The notes below the pieces were generated by a model that searched no databases, was not told the DNA's origin, and saw only the letters and a program-made list of their open reading frames with translations. Positions 1-7,820 of a stretch of 48,222 nt of DNA are shown piece after piece (position 1 is the first letter of the stretch; each line of letters opens with the position of its first letter). The DNA is from a bacterium (lineage in GTDB: Bacteria; CAIJMQ01): positions 1 through 48,222 of the forward strand of contig JAGLSL010000008.1 of NCBI GenBank assembly GCA_023135785.1, given 5' to 3'. The position numbers were made by a program, and so were the translations under genes.

Positions 1-113
1 ATTGCAAGGCAATCTCAAGGACTTTAGTCCCGGAAATTCTACGAATTTCTCGGGGTGATATTTAATTTTTGCATTTTAAATTAATTATTATGTAATAAAG
101 GAGGGATAAAGAT

Positions 114-386
114 ATGAACGGACAAAGTGTGAACAAAGGCGTTCTATTTTTTATTGTGGCAATTCTTCTCGGAGCTATCTTAGGAGGCGTTCTCGGAGAA
201 ATACTGGGTTTAATAATTACAGGAGGAGTATTAAACAAGATATTGGTAACAGGACTATCTCTTTCCTTAAGCCCCGCCACTTTGGATTTGGCAGTCCTAA
301 ATTTTACGTTCGGAGTAGGCATGAAACTCAATCTGCTTTCAGTATTTGGAATTGCGGGAGCTATGTGGTTATTTTATAAAATGTAA
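114..386 (+). CDS. small hydrophobic membrane protein (DUF4321-like)
   Basis: 90-aa ORF with an AAAGGAGGG Shine-Dalgarno shortly upstream of the ATG. Gly/Leu/Ile-rich with two hydrophobic segments. Family name is from memory only. Confidence 0.5.
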   Translation: MNGQSVNKGVLFFIVAILLGAILGGVLGEILGLIITGGVLNKILVTGLSLSLSPATLDLAVLNFTFGVGMKLNLLSVFGIAGAMWLFYKM

Positions 387-439
387 TTTCTATCCCGATG
401 TAATGTCAGGACAATGTTAACTTCTATTAACTAAAAATT

Positions 440-1312
440 ATGAAGCTAAACGAAATAGTAAATAAAAAAGAATTGGCACAGAGCATTAAACTTTTTGATA
501 TATATGCGCCCAACATAGCAAAGAAATGCCTGCCCGGTAATTTCATAATATTGATGGTATCCGAATACGGAGAAAGAATTCCTCTTACAATAAATGACTG
601 TGATAGAGCGAAGGGAACGATAAGAATCATAGTCCAGGAAATAGGCAGAACAACACAAGAACTTGGCAAAATGAAAGTGGGAGAAATCATCCCCAATCTG
701 ATGGGTCCGCTCGGTCATGCCTCCCATATAGAAAAATTCGGTAAAGTAGTATGCATAGGAGGCGGAGTGGGAACCGCAGTAATGTATCCGATTGCAAAAG
801 CATTGAAAGAAAAAGGAAACGAAGTTATCACAATTATCGGCGCAAAAACAAAAGCACTTGTAATTCTTGAGAATGAGATGAAAAAAATAAGTTCACAATC
901 CTATATTACAACCGATGACGGAAGTTACGGCAGGAAGGGGTTTGTAACCGAACCATTAAACGATATTATTTCGTCACAAACCCCGAACCAGTCCGCCACT
1001 GCTTCAATGGCGGACGGTACAGGGCACGGGATAGGCAGAGTATTTGCAATCGGCCCACTTATAATGATGAAGATAATAAGCGAGATAACAAAAAAACATT
1101 CAATCCCCACAATAGTCAGTTTAAATCCCATAATGATAGACGGCACGGGAATGTGTGGCGGTTGTCGTGTAAGCGTGGGCAATGAAACAAAATTCGCCTG
1201 TGTTGACGGGCCCGAATTTGATGCGCATAAAGTTGATTTTGACGAACTCATCCAAAGAAACAATAGATTTCAAGTAGAAGAAAGACATGCCTGTAAACTT
1301 TTAGAAAAATGA
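440..1312 (+). CDS. nfnA: FAD/NAD(P)-binding oxidoreductase small subunit (NfnA / sulfide-dihydroorotate dehydrogenase-like, PyrK family)
   Basis: 290 aa. GGGVGTA nucleotide-binding motif and a C-terminal Cys cluster (GTGMCGGCRV...FAC) typical of a PyrK-like 2Fe-2S site. Stop overlaps the start of the GltD-like partner (ATGA at 1309-1312). Confidence 0.7.
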   Translation: MKLNEIVNKKELAQSIKLFDIYAPNIAKKCLPGNFIILMVSEYGERIPLTINDCDRAKGTIRIIVQEIGRTTQELGKMKVGEIIPNLMGPLGHASHIEKFGKVVCIGGGVGTAVMYPIAKALKEKGNEVITIIGAKTKALVILENEMKKISSQSYITTDDGSYGRKGFVTEPLNDIISSQTPNQSATASMADGTGHGIGRVFAIGPLIMMKIISEITKKHSIPTIVSLNPIMIDGTGMCGGCRVSVGNETKFACVDGPEFDAHKVDFDELIQRNNRFQVEERHACKLLEK

Positions 1313-2700
1313 AAAGAAGACCCGTAAAAGAAAGAATAAAAGATTTTGGGGAAGTTGCTCTCGGTTTTAGCAAAGAAGAAGCAATAGCCGAAGCAAAAAG
1401 ATGTCTGCAATGCAAAAAACCTCTTTGTATTAAAGGATGTCCCGTTCAGATAAATATTCCTAAATTCATAAAAGAAATTGCCGAAGAAAAATTCAGTGAT
1501 GCGATTAAAACATTAAAAGAAACTAACAGTCTGCCTGGAATATGCGGGAGAGTATGTCCGCAGGAAACTCAATGCGAAATGTTTTGTGTCTTGGGCAAAA
1601 AAGGAAAACCAATAGATATCGGCTCACTTGAAAGATTTGCATCGGACGAGGGAAAGAACGAGGGACGAGGGACGAGGGACGAAGGACGCAATAAATTCCT
1701 CAATCCGCAATCCTCAATCCGCAATGGTATTAAGACAACGGTCGTTGGTTCGGGACCTGCGGGACTTACTTGCGCGGGGGAACTTGCAAAAATGGGTTAT
1801 GAAGTAACAATATTTGAAAGTCTGCACAAGGCAGGCGGTGTATTAAGATACGGCATACCAGAATTTAGAATGCCCCGCGATGTTTTAGACAGTGAAATAC
1901 AATATGTAAAAGATTTGGGGGTAAAAATAGAGTGCGATGTTTTAATAGGAAAAACATTTTCCATAGACGAACTTTTTCAGGAAGGATATAAAGCAATATT
2001 CATCGCAAGCGGCGCAGGCTATCCGCAATTTTTGAATATAGAAGGAGAGAATGCAAACGGAGTTTATTCGGCAAACGAATTTCTTACCAGAGCGAACCTG
2101 ATGAAAGCATATGATAAACAATATCACACCCCTATAAAAGTCGGCAAAAAAGTAGGCGTGATAGGCGGAGGCAATGTCGCAATGGATGCGGCAAGAGTGG
2201 CTCTTAGATTAGGAGCGGATAATGTCTATTTAGTTTATCGCCGAACTGAAAAAGAAATGCCTGCAAGAGAAGAAGAAAGGGAGAACGCCAAAGAAGAAGG
2301 AGTAATTTTTAAAATCCTCACTCAACCCGTCAAAATAAAAACAGACGACAAGGGATGGGTGAAAGAACTTGAGTGTTTGCAAATGAAACTTGGCAAGCCG
2401 GATGATTCCGGAAGAAGAAGACCCCTTCCGATTAAAGATTCCAATTTTTCTATTCCTTTAGATACTATTGTTATCGCAATAGGACAAAATCCAAACCCCC
2501 TTATCCCCTCATCCACTCCGAACTTAAAAACAGGCAAAAAGGGAACAATAGAAGCAAATGAAGTCGGAGCAACATCCATCGAAGGAGTATTCGCAGGCGG
2601 CGATATAGTAACAGGCGCCGCAACGGTCATAGAAGCAATGGGCGCAGGAAGAAAAACGGCAAAGGCAATGGATGAGTATATACGCTCCGCTAAGACCTAA
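1309..2700 (+). CDS. nfnB: GltD-like NADPH oxidoreductase large subunit (NfnB / homotetrameric glutamate synthase type)
   Basis: 463 aa. N-terminal Fe-S Cys motifs (RCLQCKKPLCIKGCPV, CGRVCPQETQCE). Two dinucleotide folds (VVGSGPAGL, VIGGGNVAMD). C-terminal GGDIVTGAATVIEAMGAGR. Confidence 0.75.
   Translation: MKRRPVKERIKDFGEVALGFSKEEAIAEAKRCLQCKKPLCIKGCPVQINIPKFIKEIAEEKFSDAIKTLKETNSLPGICGRVCPQETQCEMFCVLGKKGKPIDIGSLERFASDEGKNEGRGTRDEGRNKFLNPQSSIRNGIKTTVVGSGPAGLTCAGELAKMGYEVTIFESLHKAGGVLRYGIPEFRMPRDVLDSEIQYVKDLGVKIECDVLIGKTFSIDELFQEGYKAIFIASGAGYPQFLNIEGENANGVYSANEFLTRANLMKAYDKQYHTPIKVGKKVGVIGGGNVAMDAARVALRLGADNVYLVYRRTEKEMPAREEERENAKEEGVIFKILTQPVKIKTDDKGWVKELECLQMKLGKPDDSGRRRPLPIKDSNFSIPLDTIVIAIGQNPNPLIPSSTPNLKTGKKGTIEANEVGATSIEGVFAGGDIVTGAATVIEAMGAGRKTAKAMDEYIRSAKT
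1658..1725 (+). repeat. in-frame microsatellite block inside nfnB: heptamer ACGAGGG x4 (1658-1685), then a perfect 14-mer CCTCAATCCGCAAT x2 (1698-1725)
   Basis: Read directly from the sequence. Encodes the low-complexity linker NEGRGTRDEGRNKFLNPQSSIRN just before the first GxGxxG fold. Confidence 0.85.
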
Positions 2701-2766
2701 GACTATAGACATTAGACCTTTGACTTTAGACTAAAAAACCACAGACATTAGACTTTAGACTAAAAA
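2692..2766. repeat. TAGAC-word low-complexity arm (left arm flanking the RM gene)
   Basis: taagacctaagactatagacattagacctttgactttagactaaaaaaccacagacattagactttagactaaaaa. The 13-nt tagactttagact (2749-2761) is the exact reverse complement of 5702-5714. The nfnB stop codon lies inside the arm. Confidence 0.8.
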
Positions 2767-2832
2767 CTCCCAACCTCTTATCAATTTACAATCCCTTTTT
2801 GTGATTTTTCTCATTGTGTTTCGTCTTATTAT

Positions 2833-5517
2833 TTATTTTATAATAACCCCATACTCAGACAATCTCTTATAAGCTTCTTTTAATTTTTTCTTAACCGTTT
2901 CAATGACTTCATATTTATTTGCTATTTCTTTTTGCTTGGCTAAATCAAATTTTCCAGTAGATGTTATGGGTATCTTTATATTTTTTACATCTTCTTCTAT
3001 GTGAGTTTTCTTTAATCTTTTGTTTCCTTGCCCCTGTATAAAATCTGGAAGATGGTTATTCAAAAGGTACAACAAATATTTATAGTCCAACTCTTTTTTG
3101 TGTTCTTCTTTAATTAAAAGCAATCCAGAATGACAAGTCATATTAAACTTACCCTTTCTATAAAAAACCATACCAGGATAAGAGCCATCTATAGACCAAG
3201 TTAAACCTTCAGCATCCCAATCATAATGATCTATTTTTCCTATCTCTCCATTATTTAGTGTTTGTGCAGAATAAACCGGATATTCACCTTGATGGTTGTT
3301 GATATACTCTTTGGTGTATTTTGCCTTGCCTAATTCTATATCAAATAATTCAGTGATCTTTTTATCTTTGAATTTTACCTTGCTGATTTCATCTTCGATT
3401 TTCTTAATCTTTTTTCTTGAAGAATTAATTTCTTTTTCTAAATCAGATAAAAACTCATTATAAGAACAAATGCCTAGTGTTTTCTTTTCTTCTTTTATTT
3501 TCAGATTAATAAGCTCTTTATCTTTCCAGAAATTCTCAATAATCCAGTATTTACTTTTATCAAAAACATTAAAATCTATTAGCTTGCATCTTGGATCATC
3601 AACTTTAAAAAAAGTTTTGCTTCCTTTAAATTGATTATAAAGATTCTTGGCTTGTTCTAAATCGTTATCTTCGATTTCAAACCTATCTGCGTCCAAGTTT
3701 TCCCCTATGCTCGAAACTAGATAACAAAAGATAGGGAAGTCCTGAATATCAACATTATTCTGTTTTTTCTCAACACATAAAATATAGGTTTTTTTATTTG
3801 TATTAAAAAAGGTTTTCATTGGTAAAGAAATTATAGCATTGATAAAACACTCTTTCTTAATTTCTTCCCTTAGTTTCTTATTAGCAAAATTATCCATAAT
3901 TCCATTAGGTATAACTACAAAAGCCCGCCCGTCTTTTCTTAAATTATTTAGTATCCATTTTAAAGCAAGCCCCTCAACACCAACACCTGAACACTTATAT
4001 TCTGATTCTAAACCTTCTTCTTTTATTTCGTTTCTTAAACTTCTTGAACCTTTTTTTACATAGGGTGGATTAGAAAGGATAAGGTCAGGTTTATCTCTTT
4101 CCTGTTTGAATTTTACTTTTAAAGTCCCCAGATTACTTTCGGAAAGTAGCTTGAATGTTCCATTAAAATATTCAGCATAATTCTTGGTTAAATTAGGTGC
4201 TTTTTGTACAATATCTGATAAATATATTAACATATTAGCTTTGGCCAATATTATAGTTCTATGTTCATCGTCGTCACTACCTTTATCATAACCAAGAAAT
4301 TTAACCCTCTTTGATGAGAAATTCGATCGAAACTGGCTCTTGAGTTTGGGATAAGTTTGTAAAGGCTCTAAAATAAAACCACCTACACCACAAAAAGGAT
4401 CACATATAAACTCTGCTGAATTTACATCGGCCATTTCTATAATAGCCCGCACAACTTTTCTAGGAGTAAAAAATTGCCCCAAACGGCTCTTGTCTTGGCT
4501 TTGCTTTAAAAAAGTCTCAAATAACTTTGTCTTAAATTCTTTCTTTATATTTCTTAGGGACTGGAATTCTGCGTATTTCTGTAACGAACTCTTGAATAGG
4601 TTGGCTTGACTGTAAACTGGCTTTCCTTTACCGTCAACAAAGATTGTTCCGTTTATTATTGTAGTCCCATCGTCTGCAATGGGAAACAGTTTTATTATCT
4701 CTACCCTTGAATTTCTTGCGTAAAACTCCAAAACCTCTTTGCTTGTTTTTTTATTTTTATACATATCCATCAAACTTTGAAAGTCATATGGAGTTTTTAG
4801 GACGTTGAGATCGCTTAAAAACTTAAAAATAAACAATTCGACAACATTATACAGACATTTTGTAGGATCTTTTCCTGTATTGACGTAAATATCCTGCCAA
4901 ACACTTTTAGCTAGATTTAATGGGTCAACTTCTTTTGTTTTCCTGAAAGTAGAGTTTTGTTCAGATATTTGATCTAATATCTTTTGAATTAAATCATAAG
5001 TCTCTTTAGTTGTTTCTTCTAATTTTTCATAGTTTAGCTGTTTTTGCTCCTTAATGAAAAAATTCGTCTGAACTTTTTGCTTATCTTCACTTAAAATAAA
5101 AGAATAACTCCTTTTTTCGTCTGTAGTTCTGTCTCTGTAATCATTCTTTGCATCATCTTGTCTTGGATTAATCCAGTAGGTTACAATTCCATCTGTAATA
5201 ACCCCAATACTTGCATCAAGTAGCTGGCACACATCATTACATTGTTCTATTGATTCTTTCTTTTGTTTGTCTGTTTGAAAGCCACTAGGTTTCTTCCACT
5301 CTATCACAAGTAAAACTTTTGGCTTTTTTTTGTCTCTCCTATCAACAAGAAGTCCGTCAGCCTTCCTCTTTTCATATTTACCATAGCTTCTTTTCTCAAT
5401 TATTCCACTATCCTTATATTGTTTTACTGTTGTGGAATGTAGAGGGAAGAACTCATAATCAACTATCAAAATACCCTTTTTGTCCAGCTCCCTTGAGATT
5501 TGTTCTTCACTAGCCAC
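2833..5517 (-). CDS. single-chain Type IIG restriction-modification enzyme (PD-ExK nuclease + gamma-class N6-adenine methyltransferase + HsdS-like target recognition domain)
   Basis: 894 aa. N-terminal ADGLLVD...VLLVIEWKKP fits D...ExK. FFTPRKVV and DPFCGVGGF form the AdoMet motif, and LILSNPPYVKKG is catalytic motif IV. A coiled-coil linker is followed by a C-terminal ~190 aa (ELGKAKYTKEY...EYPVYSAQTLNNGEIG...WSIDGSYPGMVFY) that resembles one Type I S-subunit TRD. The gene is visibly more AT-rich than its neighbours. Confidence 0.8.
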   Translation of the reverse strand: MASEEQISRELDKKGILIVDYEFFPLHSTTVKQYKDSGIIEKRSYGKYEKRKADGLLVDRRDKKKPKVLLVIEWKKPSGFQTDKQKKESIEQCNDVCQLLDASIGVITDGIVTYWINPRQDDAKNDYRDRTTDEKRSYSFILSEDKQKVQTNFFIKEQKQLNYEKLEETTKETYDLIQKILDQISEQNSTFRKTKEVDPLNLAKSVWQDIYVNTGKDPTKCLYNVVELFIFKFLSDLNVLKTPYDFQSLMDMYKNKKTSKEVLEFYARNSRVEIIKLFPIADDGTTIINGTIFVDGKGKPVYSQANLFKSSLQKYAEFQSLRNIKKEFKTKLFETFLKQSQDKSRLGQFFTPRKVVRAIIEMADVNSAEFICDPFCGVGGFILEPLQTYPKLKSQFRSNFSSKRVKFLGYDKGSDDDEHRTIILAKANMLIYLSDIVQKAPNLTKNYAEYFNGTFKLLSESNLGTLKVKFKQERDKPDLILSNPPYVKKGSRSLRNEIKEEGLESEYKCSGVGVEGLALKWILNNLRKDGRAFVVIPNGIMDNFANKKLREEIKKECFINAIISLPMKTFFNTNKKTYILCVEKKQNNVDIQDFPIFCYLVSSIGENLDADRFEIEDNDLEQAKNLYNQFKGSKTFFKVDDPRCKLIDFNVFDKSKYWIIENFWKDKELINLKIKEEKKTLGICSYNEFLSDLEKEINSSRKKIKKIEDEISKVKFKDKKITELFDIELGKAKYTKEYINNHQGEYPVYSAQTLNNGEIGKIDHYDWDAEGLTWSIDGSYPGMVFYRKGKFNMTCHSGLLLIKEEHKKELDYKYLLYLLNNHLPDFIQGQGNKRLKKTHIEEDVKNIKIPITSTGKFDLAKQKEIANKYEVIETVKKKLKEAYKRLSEYGVIIK

Positions 5518-5630
5518 TTTTTCCCCTTTGTTTATCTCATATATTATATAAACTCAAAGATAAAAAACAAGCATTATAAATTACATATTAGAATTCAAAT
5601 TCATTTAGAGAATTACAAATCAACTTATAA

Positions 5631-5801
5631 TACTTGCTAACTGCTAATTGCTAATTTTAACTTGTCTTTAGTCTTTTGTCTATTATCTGTTTTCTGTTTT
5701 CAGTCTAAAGTCTATAGTCTATGGTCTTTAGTCTAAGGTTTAATGTCTTTTTTCTTTGTTTTATTACTTGCTAATTGATAATTGATAGTTGCTAATTTTA
5801 A
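5631..5801. repeat. GCTAA-word direct repeats (5631-5660 and 5764-5801) bracketing the GTCTA-word arm (5663-5747)
   Basis: tacttgctaactgctaattgctaattttaa and ttacttgctaattgataattgatagttgctaattttaa have the same orientation. Between them lies gtctttagtc...cagtctaaagtctatagtctatggtctttagtctaagg. Confidence 0.8.
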
Positions 5802-5865
5802 ATTGTCTATAATCCCATCTTTTTCCTTTTCTCTCCTTCTGTTATATAATAAATCCTTAAAATAT

Positions 5866-5951
5866 GCGGACGTGGCGGAATTGGTATACGCGTATGGCTT
5901 AGGACCATATCCCTTCGTGGGTTGAGAGTTCAAGTCTCTCCGTCCGCACCA
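5866..5951 (+). tRNA. tRNA-Leu (anticodon TAG), CCA encoded
   Basis: Manual cloverleaf. Acceptor GCGGACG/CGTCCGC. Anticodon stem TATGG/CCATA with loop CTTAGGA. Long variable arm. T-arm GAGAG-TTCAAGT-CTCTC. Discriminator A followed by CCA. Confidence 0.9.
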
Positions 5952-5962
5952 CAATTAGGGAT

Positions 5963-5991
5963 TTGACAGTTTAGGATTTATGGTTTATAGT
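5963..5991 (+). promoter_or_regulatory. sigma-70-type promoter candidate for tRNA-Gly (TTGACA-N17-TATAGT)
   Basis: TTGACA at 5963-5968, a 17-nt spacer, TATAGT at 5986-5991, about 55 nt upstream of the tRNA-Gly 5' end. Confidence 0.4.
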
Positions 5992-6048
5992 TGTCGTTTC
6001 CAAATCGCATACAATAGACCATACACTATAGATTATTGGTTGGTTTTT

Positions 6049-6120
6049 GCGGGTGTAGCTCAGTGGTAGAGCGTCACGTTGCCAACGTGAGGGTCACGAG
6101 TCCGAATCTCGTCGCCCGCT
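6049..6120 (+). tRNA. tRNA-Gly (anticodon GCC), no encoded CCA, unusual T-loop TCCGAAT
   Basis: Manual cloverleaf. Acceptor GCGGGTG/CGCCCGC (one G-U pair). D-arm GCTC-AGTGGTA-GAGC. Anticodon arm TCACG-TTGCCAA-CGTGA. T-arm ACGAG-TCCGAAT-CTCGT. Confidence 0.85.
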
Positions 6121-6121
6121 C

Positions 6122-6155
6122 TAATAACAACACTGATATATCAGTGTTGTTATTA
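6122..6155. repeat. perfect 34-bp palindrome directly after tRNA-Gly
   Basis: taataacaacactgata|tatcagtgttgttatta is perfectly self-complementary. It could be a processing or termination hairpin, but there is no U-tract. Confidence 0.8.
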
Positions 6156-6404
6156 CCCCGAGAGTATCGGGAAAATGTCTGTTGGAGATTTTTTCGATGG
6201 TTTACGATACGGGGTTTGCAGTGGGATATCTGCGTGATAATCACCCCGAGAGTATCGGAAAATTTCCACGAGGAAATTTCTGTAAAAATGTCTGTTGGAG
6301 ATTTTTTCGATGGTTTACGATACGGGGTTTGCAGTGGGATATCTGTGTGAAAATTACCCCGCAGAGTATCCCGAAGGTTTTCGGGATGGCTTACGATACG
6401 GGGT
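6155..6404 (+). repeat. tandem array of three ACCCCG(C)AGAGTATCG...TTACGATACGGGGT palindromic units (6155-6215, 6243-6328, 6356-6404)
   Basis: The arms are conserved and the interiors differ in length (61, 86 and 49 bp). The inter-unit spacer TTGCAGTGGGATATCTG(C/T)GTGA is also repeated. Unit 2 is nearly identical to the unit at 10340-10426. Confidence 0.85.
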
Positions 6405-6415
6405 TTATATGGTAT

Positions 6416-6456
6416 AGAAGACAGTAAACAGACAACAGATGACAGAAAAACACAGA
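6416..6456 (+). repeat. GACAGA-word repeat (copy of 41126-41166)
   Basis: agaagacagtaaacagacaacagatgacagaaaa matches cagaagacagaaaacagacgacagatgacagaaaa at the carA 3' end with 2 mismatches. Confidence 0.8.
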
Positions 6457-6467
6457 ATGGATATGCA

Positions 6468-6556
6468 ATAGAAATACGGTAGAAATACAGTGGAAATACG
6501 TAGTATAAAAACAATATATTTCGAAATATTTCTATGTATTTCAATTTATTTCTGTC
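6468..6556. repeat. GAAATA/TATTTC word hairpin upstream of tig
   Basis: Left arm aatagaaatacggtagaaatacagtggaaatacg. Right arm tatttcgaaatatttctatgtatttcaatttatttct. The 20-mer atgtatttc(a/g)atttatttct is shared with 44584-44603. Confidence 0.8.
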
Positions 6557-6572
6557 CAATAAGGAAGAATAT

Positions 6573-7811
6573 ATGCAAATAGAAGTTAAAGATTTAAAAG
6601 AGAATAAAAAATCGTTATCTATCGAAATTCCTAAGGAAGAAGTAGATAAGAAACTGGCAAAAACATATGCGACGGTTTTAACCAGCGCCGCTATCCCTGG
6701 GTTTAGAAAAGGGAAAGCTTCCTTGAAAATATTAAAGCTTTATTACGGCAAGGATATTAAAAAACAGGTTTCGGAAGAACTTGTGGACGAATATTATCAG
6801 AAAGCAATTGATGAGAAAGATTTGAGGGTGGCTCCTTCACCGGAAATCAAGGAAGTAGAAGTGGAAGAAGGCAAACCTTTGAAGTTTGAAGCTATTGTTG
6901 AGACATTTGCCAAATTTAATATAGGAGAATATAAGGGAATAGAGATTGAAAGAGAGAAATCAGAAGTTGGCGACAAAGAGATAAACGCTGTACTTGAGAG
7001 AAAACGCGAAGAACTTGCAGAGCTTATCCCTGTTAATAACCGCCCGTCTATAAAGGGGGACCTTTTAACGGCTGATTATCATATAGAAATAGACGGGAAA
7101 GTCGCAAAAGAATTAAAAAACCAAAAATTAGTATTAGGCAAAACTCCTGTTCCCAAAGGATGGGAAAAAGAATTGACCGGAGTCAAGAAAGGTGATGTTA
7201 GAGAAATCCGCGAAAAAGCCAAATCGGAAAAATCTAAAGAGGTATTGTATAAATTTGTTGTCAAGGATGTTCAGGAAAGACGACTTTTAGCCCTTGATGA
7301 TGATTTCGCGAAAAAATTGGGCGATTTCGAAAGTTTGGCTAAGGCAAGAGAAAAGATAAAGGCAGAATTGGAGAAAATGGCTCGTTTTTACGAAGAAGAA
7401 AATCTAAGAAGAACTGTCATTGATAAAATCCTTAAAAATTCCGATATTGAAGCACCTGCTTCTTTAATTAAAAGGTTTACGGATTATTATAAATCTATGA
7501 ATAAGGATATGAGCGAAGAGGAAAGCAAAAAACTGGCGGAAGAAAATATTAAGAAAGAACTGATAGTGGACGAAATTGCTAAAAAAGAAGGGATAAAAGC
7601 AACTGACGAGGAAATAAGTAGAAGAAAAAGCCAGATTACAAGAAAAGAAATTTCGCAGGAAGATATCCGGGAAGACTTGAAAAAAGAAAAAGTTTTAAAA
7701 TTTCTTATTGACAACGCAAAAATAAAAGATAAAGCAAAAAAAGCGATTATTACCCCTGAAGAAGAGAATAAACTTTCTTCGGACAAAAAAGGAAGTATCA
7801 TAATTCCTTAA
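6573..7811 (+). CDS. tig: trigger factor
   Basis: 412 aa from MQIEVKDLKENKKSLSIEIP, with RBS AAGGAAG at 6561-6567. FRKGK ribosome-binding signature (GFRKGKAS). clpP follows. The ORF-track start at 6534 lies in a repeat arm and was not used. Confidence 0.9.
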   Translation: MQIEVKDLKENKKSLSIEIPKEEVDKKLAKTYATVLTSAAIPGFRKGKASLKILKLYYGKDIKKQVSEELVDEYYQKAIDEKDLRVAPSPEIKEVEVEEGKPLKFEAIVETFAKFNIGEYKGIEIEREKSEVGDKEINAVLERKREELAELIPVNNRPSIKGDLLTADYHIEIDGKVAKELKNQKLVLGKTPVPKGWEKELTGVKKGDVREIREKAKSEKSKEVLYKFVVKDVQERRLLALDDDFAKKLGDFESLAKAREKIKAELEKMARFYEEENLRRTVIDKILKNSDIEAPASLIKRFTDYYKSMNKDMSEEESKKLAEENIKKELIVDEIAKKEGIKATDEEISRRKSQITRKEISQEDIREDLKKEKVLKFLIDNAKIKDKAKKAIITPEEENKLSSDKKGSIIIP

Positions 7812-7820
7812 AAAACTAAA

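Larger units (their letters stand above)
2692..5747. mobile_element. putative cassette: RM gene bounded by inverted TAGAC/GTCTA word-repeat arms, next to two tRNA genes
   Basis: Inverted arms at 2692-2766 and 5663-5747. AT-rich single-gene cargo. tRNA-Leu and tRNA-Gly lie immediately downstream. No recombinase gene seen. Confidence 0.3.

Noticed and set aside
1645-1725. Hairpin between the GACGAGG block and the CCTCAATCCGC block in nfnB
   Set aside because: The two blocks are not complementary even allowing G-U pairs. They are two independent tandem repeats, not a palindrome.
5733-5954. 73-aa ORF on the minus strand
   Set aside because: It is antisense to tRNA-Leu and low-complexity repeat DNA.
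6155-6404. Possible CRISPR array after tRNA-Gly (regularly spaced repeats)
   Set aside because: The units are 49-86 bp internally palindromic elements. The supposed spacers are themselves repeated (also at 10340-10426). Only three units are present, and no cas genes or leader are seen.
6036-6559. ORFs 6036-6350 (+), 6182-6427 (+) and 6074-6559 (-)
   Set aside because: They overlap tRNA-Gly and the tandem palindromic units, and their length is an artefact of repeat sequence without stop codons.
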